Assembly (NCBI GenBank): GCA_051294375.1
Contig: JBJCIZ010000324.1
Coordinates: 1 to 8,077 of the forward strand
Direction: 5' to 3'
DNA from: Paraspadella gotoi
Taxonomy: Eukaryota > Animalia > Chaetognatha
DNA length: 8,077 nucleotides
The notes under the pieces are model-generated. The model ran no database searches. It worked only from the letters and a program-made list of their open reading frames with translations, and was not told the DNA's origin. Positions 1 to 8,077 of this stretch are shown in pieces. Every line of letters begins with the position of its first letter. Position 1 is the stretch's first letter. Position numbers and translations under genes: made by a program.

Positions 1-86
1 AAAGTGGAACAATACCACCATGAGATTTATATATGACTAGATTACAAAAAACATTCCCAGCAGTGGGTGCATCACTAGGCACCTCA

Positions 87-111
87 NNNNNNNNNNNNNN
101 NNNNNNNNNNN
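87..111. other. Fixed-size 25-N assembly gap
   Basis: Exactly 25 N, the same length as the gaps at 5091-5115 and 7519-7543. Confidence 0.9.
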
Positions 112-264
112 CACAAAAAGGAAGAGGGATTAGACGGAGACAAGGGGAGAAGTAGGTTCCACCAGGGGGAACGCATTGCATACCTGTACGAATAGGCAAG
201 CAATATTATAACTAACCTTATTCGCAGTTAACCAGATCCTAAAACCCAACCTCTGCATTAAACC

Positions 265-1325
265 CTAGGTGTGTAATATCCATAAGATCAGTAAGATGCT
301 CAAATCACATATTAGAAGACGTAGTCTGGGCCGAACAGTGTCCATAATCAAGTTCTCCGGCAGATGACTTCAAAACAGAAGCGGAATGTAGAACTTTGTC
401 AATCCAAGAACCATGACCACAATGCTGCGAGAAACACCGGCAAAATCGCCCTTTCTAATCACAAAAATTAGCTGTAAATAATAATCCTTGTTCGTATCCA
501 AAGAAAATGTGGAGAATAAGCAGCCACTTCCTCTCGCCCCACCGCAAAACACCCTGTATAAAAAATACATACCCAAGCAAGATTAGTTGCAATTCATCTT
601 AAAGATAGAGAAAATAAATAGCCGCCCGCTTAGCAGACACAGTAAGGGTTCTAATGCTGAATACTTAAGTACAGAAGGAACAAGACATATAGCCATGCCC
701 CATCTGAGTGCTGGCGTAGTAGATAATATACAGGAATTCTCATGCGATTCCATACTCGACTTAACAATGGAAGTGGGATTCTGCTTGTAAAAGCACTTTG
801 TCTGTTGATGCGAAATTAGATAAGAAAAAAGGCGGAAGTCACGCAGACGGCATTGCAGATAAGAAGGGGCAACTGGATATCCTTATATTCATTCTGTAAT
901 TCTCTAAAACTTTGTGCCCCGCTGAGGGATAGTCCTCAGGAAGCGGAAATGAGCGCTTTTCTGTGTTATCAAAATGCGCATTAGAAAGAGAAATTTTGAT
1001 TGGGAGGTATTTATAACGAATGGCAAACATGCAGTAAATCACAACAGCAAGTGCAATGAGAATACAACTGACTGAGCGGTCATATAACACCACAAGGTGA
1101 TATGAAGACGACAATTTTTGGAGCGTGTGATCTTGGACGTTCTATTTTGAGTCGAAGTTTTGACGTACTAGCTAGAGGCACCGATTTTAACGATCAGACC
1201 GGGTAGGTTAGATTCCGGCATACAACCGCAGAAGGTGGGGTTGTCCGGCCTGGACACTCGCCCCAGTTGGGTAAGCCTCAGTCCGTAGACACCGCCCCAG
1301 AAAATAGATTCTGAATTTTTCCAAA
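265..1325 (-). mobile_element. Degenerate Ty1/copia-like LTR retrotransposon pol fragment (aspartic protease - GAG-pre-integrase/HHCC zinc finger - integrase core), no intact ORF
   Basis: Manual minus-strand reading across frameshifts gives motif fragments in canonical copia order. S-G-A (1301-1293, cf. WILDSGAS). L-K..N-V (1151-1136), H-A-P-K-[+1]-L-S (1127-1109) and S-V-S (1075-1067), cf. LKNVLHVPKLSxNLLSVS. Y-C-M-F (1036-1025, cf. HCVFQ). G-H-K-V-L (919-905, cf. HxRLGHPSxKVL). C-N-A-V-C (857-843, cf. CxxC). H-S-D (710-702, cf. HSDVWGP). Y-F-L (616-608), D-E (598-593) and W-V-[indel]-Y-F-L (575-559), cf. YFLTIVDDxTRxTWVYFL. Y-T-P (275-267, cf. SCPYTPQQNG). Each motif is short and some spacings are longer than expected, so the call rests on their combined order. 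No LTR, PBS or RT was identified. Confidence 0.55.
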
Positions 1326-3789
1326 TTATAATATAAATTCTTATTGTTAAGTTTGCCAAGGGGGCCCTTTTTACCCTCGCCCTAACAGTACCTATTCATA
1401 GAGATTTCTCTTGTTACTATCTGAGAGAAAGCATTGAAAGTGGAAAACTAATTATACCACAGATGAGATGTTAATAATACTAGATAGGTTCACAAAAACC
1501 AAACATTCGAAGCAGATGGGTAGCATCGCATAAAAGAGCGAGGCCGGTCGCGAAATACTCTGGGCAAACTAAAAAGGGGCGCAGACATTAAGTCATAAGC
1601 ATGATAAGCCGCAGCATTTTCAACATAAACGAAGGAGAATTAAAAACGGACTGTAATATAAAAAATGCAAATCTTAGAGAAGATGCTGTAACGAAGTATC
1701 ATATACTCTATATTCATCAGACAAGAAGGCTTCTTTCTGAGCGCATCGCACCGTGAAATAAACACATAACACATAGCAACCACCAAACATTCAAATAAGG
1801 GGCAACAAAGTACCCGGACCTTTAATCACAGAGATACCTATAATAGTAGAGGCTAGGGGCGGGGGCAGGTTTCGTCACTTCGACTCATTCTTTACACACC
1901 ATTTTTCCCACACCAACCTCGACTTTAAACTAAATTATGTTCCGTGATGGTAATACAGATCACCGCAAATCTTCCGACTTTGAGAAAAGGAGAGTTTTAG
2001 AAACAACAGGTTGCATCTTCTTGTGTTTAGTAAACTTCGCAAAGTGAATTATGATGTCATATTGGTTGTACCAATTGGTTGTTAAGTCCAAATTCATAGT
2101 ATCGATATCCTATGTATATTATCACATATATCATCATTATTAATTAACAAGTTTCTTAAATAATTGAAAAGTGCAAACCAGTCAACTTCAGTTAGCTTTC
2201 ATGATAAACTGGTATTATAATACTTTTAAATATACAATTGTTTTGTAAGTTTTATATATCCGTTAAACCTTCACTTAACCACCGCACTTCCAACTCACAT
2301 TTTACTCCTTAAAACTCTTTAGAATATAAAAAACTATCTTAGAACTCTGAACAACATTTAATCTAAAACAGGTAGGTGATAGAGTGCAGCCTACTTATAA
2401 CCAATCACTTACATGAAAAACAGAAAGAGTTCATCGCAACATAGAGTTGGACGATGAATTCATAAAATTCTTGCAAAATGAGATGATGCCAGTTTACCCT
2501 TAATAAAGATTTTCTTTAGCTAAAGAAAAGGAACACTTACATTAACGTTATCTTTGACTATTTTTCCTTAAAGCGCATTAACAGCATACATTAATATACT
2601 ATACTTACATAAAAAAAATTTTATATAAGAATTCGAATAAAGACACTTTTATTCACTAACCGTTTTTATATTTCAACGCCTGTATTCATTAAGGCGTGAT
2701 CAAATAATGATGGCACCTATCTTCTGAGAGTGTATAATTTCAAACTGTCCAATAATATTAGGGGGCTTAATTAAGATATTACCAATTATGTTGTCCTTTT
2801 AATAGTAAATAAACAACAGAAGGACGCATGTAATAAAAAGTAATATAATGCTCAACAGAGCATAGGTAAGTGGAAGATTGTGGATGCTTTCACAAAAACA
2901 ATGAAATTTATAATATAGGAAGTAAGATACACCGCGAATTTAGCTTTTATATAACTCATGAGTTCCATCAATTAACTGCCAATATCCAACAAGAATATAC
3001 CGATTAAAATTTATATTTTAACATTTACTCCACTCACCTCCTTAACAGCACCAGTAAATAAACTTTTATAACGATAGTACTCACATAAACAAGTAATCTG
3101 TCAGCCATTAAAATCTCTTATATAATTATATACTAAATCATCATGACATTTCACATAGTTCCAACAAATTATTTTTATTTCTTAGCGGTTAACAATATCC
3201 CAAATGATATTCATTAAATCCACTATCTTTCCAAACATTTTGTTTTTAATTTCTAAGCCACAACTAGGTTACAAAAATGAAATACCATAACTTATACAGC
3301 TCTGAGGGAGCCACAATTTATTAGCTATATGAATAAATTAATTATAATATAAAATTGCATTTTTAAAAGTATAATAATGCGTTAAAATCGCATGTTCTAA
3401 ACGCTTACCTCACTAAGCTGGTAGAAGCTTAGCTATATAAATAAAATTTGTCCCAAAATTCGTCTAGACGGTCAAAAACTATCATTTCTTTCTAGGCATG
3501 AATTGCGTGATTCCGGCTATTACAATATTTATATCGCTTGGGCAAAGAGTGGTAGGACATCACTTGTACATACGTTTCACCTTAACAATACCTTGGTGGG
3601 TGCACAAATTTAAAACAAATAAATAGAATCCTACTAAACGGTGTTGCGCGGTGCTTTTAAAAACAGGCGCCTACTAGGTGGACGATGAGGTCTGTATGAT
3701 ATGATTCGCATTTTAACATCGACATTTCATCACGATTCTTTATAAAAGTTACATTTTAACAACTTTAAAGTTCATAAAAATCGTTCCAT

Positions 3790-4440
3790 GCTTTCCCGCC
3801 CGGCGACCGCTAGTTTTCTCAGGCGAGAAGGGTCTTGGTCGGCGACCGCCGCGCTTGCGGGCCGCGCGCGCTCGCCCGCATTCGTCGGGGATCGATTGGC
3901 GAGGCAGAGCGTTGATACCAAAAAAAACTTCCGAAGACAGGAAAAAAGGAATACGTCCGTCGTCAATGCGCTGGCGTTCATCTTCCAGCTGATGCTCCGA
4001 CTCGCCTGCTGGCTAGGCGGTTTTGCGATCCAGAAAGAACGATGCAATTTTTTTCTTCGCAATTGCACGCACAACGGCTCGTCTCGCCAATGCACACGGT
4101 CGTCGCTGTTCACGCGGTCGGTGACGGCTGCCTTCTGCCTTTCTCGGTGATTGCTTGCAACTGTAAAGTCGACTGCCCTCTGCTGCCCGCTGTTCTGCTT
4201 TCCTTTGAGAGGCCTGGGACGCGACATCGTCGTACGTCCGCGGGCGGGAAGCACCGGTGGCGGATCTTTGTTCGCGCGCGGCTTCGGTGACCGCCCATAC
4301 GCTACGCGTCGTCGACCTAAGGTCATAGTATAGCGCACAGGAACGCCGTTGGCGCCGAGCCAAGGTGAAGAACTCAGTGAGAACCCAACGATTGCGGTGA
4401 GTACGCGCAGGCCTCCGGCCTTGTTGAGGAACTTGAGGGG
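3790..4440. other. GC/CpG-rich block within the repeat unit, flanked by AT-rich DNA
   Basis: There is an abrupt compositional shift near 3790 from AT-rich sequence to dense CG dinucleotides (e.g. gggccgcgcgcgctcgcccgc, gttcgcgcgcggcttcgg). The 10-mer cggcgaccgc occurs at 3801-3810 and 3840-3849. Parts align loosely to 7074-7330. Confidence 0.75.
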
Positions 4441-4594
4441 AGTGAGAATTTTTTTTTTGGAGACCGTTATCGCGCAAATTTTTGGAAATTTATGAGTCAT
4501 TATGCCTTGTGCCGTCGCAAGACGACAAACCTTTCTTTGTTTTTATCTTGCTGAATTTGCGAGGGGAGTGAGTAATTTAATAATGAGGAATTGA

Positions 4595-4629
4595 GAACTG
4601 AGAGGGGAACTGAGATGAACTGAGATGAA
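4595..4629 (+). repeat. Short tandem repeat (gaactgaga[t]) x3
   Basis: gaactgaga at 4595-4603, and gaactgagat at 4607-4616 and 4617-4626. Confidence 0.8.
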
Positions 4630-5090
4630 GGACGTAAAAGTTTGTTATTATTTAGTTTCTCTGCCGCTTTCTTTCTTCATTTTTTCTCTGTTTGCCCAAA
4701 AATAACATTTGCAAAAATTGAGAAGCCGATCGTTATCGGTTGTCCGTTGTCGTTCAAGATCTCATTCCATCCTATACCCGCGGTTCTCGGTGAAAAAAAA
4801 GGAGTCTGAGCATTCTTGCAGGGATCCCGAAATATAAATGTTAAATATTGTTATTTTGTCTCATCTCTTAAAAACTTGAAAAGACGTGGAGCTTCTTCTG
4901 CATAGAATCCGAGCGAAGAATTTCACTTTAATTTTAATCGGTAATGCGTTGGAAGCGCAAAACTTTATAAGGCTACGTCGATGCAATCGGAACGCTCGCC
5001 GTCGTGAGTTTGGTTTATTCCGGCTTCGACCTCCTCTCACGGAGGGTCGATGCATCCATTCCGGGAATTTCAACCGCCAAGAATGAACGC

Positions 5091-5115
5091 NNNNNNNNNN
5101 NNNNNNNNNNNNNNN
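5091..5115. other. Fixed-size 25-N assembly gap at the junction of the two ~3-kb copies
   Basis: Exactly 25 N, separating the end of copy 1 from the start of copy 2. Confidence 0.9.
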
Positions 5116-5923
5116 AAAATTATTCATTTACATACTTAACATATTAAAGTTATTTTTCATACATAGTTAAGCATTGAATTGTTTTAATGTAACAGAACAA
5201 CTATGTAATATACAAGGTANNNNNNNNNNNNNNNNNNNNNNNNNNNNNNNNNNNNNNNNNNNNNNNNNNNNNNNNNNNNNNNNNNNNNNNNNNNNNNNNN
5301 NNNNNNNNNNNNNNNNNNNNNNNNNNNNNNNNNNNNNNNNNNNNNNNNNNNNNNNNNNNNNNNNNNNNNNNNNNNNNNNNNNNNNNNNNNNNNNNNNNNN
5401 NNNNNNNNNNNNNNNNNNNNNNNNNNNNNNNNNNNNNNNNNNNNNNNNNNNNNNNNNNNNNNNNNNNNNNNNNNNNNNNNNNNNNNNNNNNNNNNNNNNN
5501 NNNNNNNGTTTACCCTTAATAAAGATTTTCTTTACAAAGAAAAGACAACTTTGACATTTTTCTAAACCATAACACACACATTAATATACTATATTACANN
5601 NNNNNNNNNNNNNNNNNNNNNNNNNNNNNNNNNNNNNNNNNNNNNNNNNNNNNNNNNNNNNNNNNNNNNNNNNNNNNNNNNNNNNNNNNNNNNNNNNNNN
5701 NNNNNNNNNNNNNNNNNNNNNNNNNNNNNNNNNNNNNNNNNNNNNNNNNNNNNNNNNNNNNNNNNNNNNNNNNNNNNNNNNNNNNNNNNNNNNNNNNNNN
5801 NNNNNNNNNNNNNNNNNNNNNNNNNNNNNNNNNNNNNNNNNNNNNNNNNNNNNNNNNNNNNNNNNNNNNNNNNNNNNNNNNNNNATTTCAGAATAAAAAA
5901 ATATATTTAACTTCAATATACAA

Positions 5924-5962
5924 ATATATATATATATACATATATACACATATATATATACA
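5924..5962. repeat. Compound (AT)n microsatellite with AC interruptions
   Basis: The sequence atatatatatatatacatatatacacatatatatataca is directly visible. Confidence 0.9.
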
Positions 5963-6901
5963 TTTTAACATTTATTCAAAGACCAGTNNNNNNNNNNNNN
6001 NNNNNNNNNNNNNNNNNNNNNNNNNNNNNNNNNNNNNNNNNNNNNNNNNNNNNNNNNNNNNNNNNNNNNNNNNNNNNNNNNNNNNNNNNNNNNNNNNNNN
6101 NNNNNNCCACATCTATTACTATAGAATAAAATAATTATATATAAAAAGATTTTAAAATATAGTAATGTTAAAATCGCATGTTCTAAACCTAACTCACAAC
6201 TGNNNNNNNNNNNNNNNNNNNNNNNNNNNNNNNNNNNNNNNNNNNNNNNNNNNNNNNNNNNNNNNNNNNNNNNNNNNNNNNNNNNNNNNNNNNNNNNNNN
6301 NNNNNNNNNNNNNNNNNNNNNNNNNNNNNNNNNNNNNNNNNNNNNNNNNNNNNNNNNNNNNNNNNNNNNNNNNNNNNNNNNNNNNNNNNNNNNNNNNNNN
6401 NNNNNNNNNNNNNNNNNNNNNNNNNNNNNNNNNNNNNNNNNNNNNNNNNNNNNNNNNNNNNNNNNNNNNNNNNNNNNNNNNNNNNNNNNNNNNNNNNNNN
6501 NNNNNNNNNNNNNNNNNNNNNNNNNNNNNNNNNNNNNNNNNNNNNNNNNNNNNNNNNNNNNNNNNNNNNNNNNNNNNNNNNNNNNNNNNNNNNNNNNNNN
6601 NNNNNNNNNNNNNNNNNNNNNNNNNNNNNNNNNNNNNNNNNNNNNNNNNNNNNNNNNNNNNNNNNNNNNNNNNNNNNNNNNNNNNNNNNNNNNNNNNNNN
6701 NNNNNNNNNNNNNNNNNNNNNNNNNNNNNNNNNNNNNNNNNNNNNNNNNNNNNNNNNNNNNNNNNNNNNNNNNNNNNNNNNNNNNNNNNNNNNNNNNNNN
6801 NNNNNNNNNNNNNNNNNNNNNNNNNNNNNNNNNNNNNNNNNNNNNNNNNNNNNNNNNNNNNNNNNNNNNNNNNNNNNNNNNNNNNNNNNNNNNNNNNNNT
6901 T

Positions 6902-7279
6902 GCTCGTCAGCCGCAGCTGTTGCCGATGCTGCTTTCTTCGTTGAGGTGAAGAGAAAGAGACCAAGGACGCTGACTGCTGCTGCCTACCTTCTCTCTCTCT
7001 GTCTCTTAATCGCACCCTCTTCACTTTTCTCACGTCATTCGGCCGAATAAGAAGTTCGTGTATATTTTCTTTTCCATGCTGTCGTTTAGACTGCAGCTGC
7101 TTAGTCTGCTGCTGCTTTCGACCAGAAAAAGAGGAGATACTGTAACTCTTTCTCCTTGACCAGGTATGCTGGCGCTTCGTTCAGCTGCTAGGCCTGTTTC
7201 TTGCCGATGCTTGCCTTTCTTCGTTGAGCCGTTGAAGCAGAAAGAGGACCAAGGAACGCTTGGACTGCTGCTGCGACCC
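6902..7279 (+). repeat. Local imperfect direct duplication of ~90-105 bp (6902-6988 and 7174-7279)
   Basis: First copy: ttgccgatgctgctttcttcgttgaggtgaagagaaagagaccaaggacgctgactgctgctgc. Second copy: ttgccgatgcttgcctttcttcgttgagccgttgaagcagaaagaggaccaaggaacgcttggactgctgctgc. The second differs mostly by extra single bases. Confidence 0.9.
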
Positions 7280-7518
7280 ATGCACAGCAAAGTCGTCGAC
7301 TTCCTCGCTTGCTAGCTTTAGCTGCTGCTGGCTGCATCCGGTGTATCCGATTTGTGACGCCTGAACGAGAAACACAGAAAAATACATCACGTGATTCGAC
7401 GCAGAGTAAGCTCACGAGACACGGCATAATGTATACGGCCGTGCTCGTGTTCGTATACCGATTTATTCCCATGAAGATAGAATAGATAGAAAGAATAACA
7501 AATGAAAAAAGATCGCAT

Positions 7519-7543
7519 NNNNNNNNNNNNNNNNNNNNNNNNN
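7519..7543. other. Fixed-size 25-N assembly gap
   Basis: Exactly 25 N, downstream of the insertion-rich local duplicate at 7174-7279. Confidence 0.9.
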
Positions 7544-7634
7544 TGCAAGCCCGTGAGAAACTTTCCAACTCGAGATTTAGGAGCCAAGGTTGCGCGTGAA
7601 GACGACAAGTTTCATTGTTTTCATTTTGTAGAAA

Positions 7635-7704
7635 TTGAGAGTTGAGAGACGAGAGTTGAGAATCGAGAGTTGAGAGTTGAGAATAGAGAGTTGAGAGTTG
7701 AGAG
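7635..7704 (+). repeat. Heptamer tandem repeat (TTGAGAG)n, 10 visible units, running into an N run
   Basis: Units read ttgagag ttgagag acgagag ttgagaa tcgagag ttgagag ttgagaa tagagag ttgagag ttgagag. Confidence 0.95.
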
Positions 7705-8077
7705 NNNNNNNNNNNNNNNNNNNNNNNNNNNNNNNNNNNNNNNNNNNNNNNNNNNNNNNNNNNNNNNNNNNNNNNNNNNNNNNNNNNNNNNNNNNNNNNN
7801 NNNNNNNNNNNNNNNNNNNNNNNNNNNNNNNNNNNNNNNNNNNNNNNNNNNNNNNNNNNNNNNNNNNNNNNNNNNNNNNNNNNNNNNNNNNNNNNNNNNN
7901 NNNNNNNNNNNNNNNNNNNNNNNNNNNNNNNNNNNNNNNNNNNNNNNNNNNNNNNNNNNTGAAAAGCGTGAGCTTCTTCTCATAGAATCACGTTAAATTA
8001 TAACGGTAATTGTTGAAGCGAAACTTTAAAGGCTGTTGTCGATGCATCGGAATGTCGCGAGTCGTTTATCGTTTCGA

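Larger units (their letters stand above)
2349..5090 (+). repeat. Copy 1 of a ~3-kb unclassified direct repeat unit (indel-rich copy)
   Basis: Collinear matches to downstream sequence: 2492-2609 with 5508-5598 (gtttacccttaataaagattttcttta...cattaatatactata); 3015-3055 with 5962-5987 (attttaacattta...accagt); 3311-3420 with 6107-6202 (gttaaaatcgcatgttctaaac); 4487-4563 with 7573-7641 (aagacgacaa); 4877-5029 with 7960-8077 (gagcttcttct..catagaatc). The left boundary is approximate and rests on a weak match of 2349-2374 with 5195-5219. Confidence 0.85.
5116..8077 (+). repeat. Copy 2 of the ~3-kb unit, fragmented by N runs and running off the window end
   Basis: Nearly every sequence island between the N runs aligns in order and orientation to 2349-5029, with offsets of about 2.8-3.1 kb (g2492/g5508, c3311/c6107, a4519/a7599, t4877/t7960). 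Confidence 0.85.

Noticed and set aside
1-86. Short stop-free minus-strand frame (EVPSDAPTAGNVFCNLVIYKSHGGIVPL)
   Set aside because: It is only about 28 codons, truncated by a gap and the window edge, and has no recognisable motif.
260-267. Single AAACCCTA telo-box-like motif
   Set aside because: It is an isolated 8-mer at the edge of the putative retroelement remnant with no associated gene, so chance occurrence is plausible.
1326-2340. Expected copia gag region upstream of the protease on the minus strand
   Set aside because: I could not read a convincing CCHC zinc knuckle or other gag motif, so the region is left unannotated.
3772-4500. 242-aa minus-strand ORF and five overlapping ORFs on both strands
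   Set aside because: The translations are Arg/Ser/Ala-rich with no recognisable domain. Stop codons are scarce because of high GC, and the related sequence at 6900-7500 does not evidently preserve the frames.
5167-7033. Long ORFs consisting mostly of X
   Set aside because: These are artefacts of translating through N runs.
7635-7704. Possible telomeric or CRISPR-like array
   Set aside because: TTGAGAG differs from TTTAGGG and TTAGGG, the array is internal, and the units are contiguous with no unique spacers or nearby cas genes.
7621-7996. ORFs with repetitive peptides (LSTLNS, RVENRE)
   Set aside because: These are translations of the heptamer repeat plus Ns.
2349-8077. The two ~3-kb copies as the paired LTRs of the copia element
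   Set aside because: Both copies lie on the same side of the pol remnant and abut each other. I found no TG...CA termini, PBS or PPT.

Overview
This is a eukaryotic, probably plant, non-genic scaffold segment from a low-quality, gapped assembly. I found no intact protein-coding gene, RNA gene or CRISPR array. (1) About 265-1325 on the minus strand carries a heavily frameshifted Ty1/copia-like pol remnant, with protease, pre-integrase/zinc-finger and integrase-core motif fragments in the expected order. (2) About 2350-5090 and about 5116-8077 are two collinear copies of a roughly 3-kb unclassified unit: an AT-rich part, a GC/CpG-rich block, a short GA-rich tandem repeat and a conserved tail. 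The left copy has many extra single bases relative to the right copy. The right copy is reduced to islands of about 100 bp between N runs. (3) Three gaps of exactly 25 N (87-111, 5091-5115, 7519-7543) bound the indel-rich segments. This suggests unpolished long-read gap filling, so the duplications may be partly or wholly assembly artefacts. The ORFs in the supplied track look spurious. The sequence gives no support for a novel biological system.
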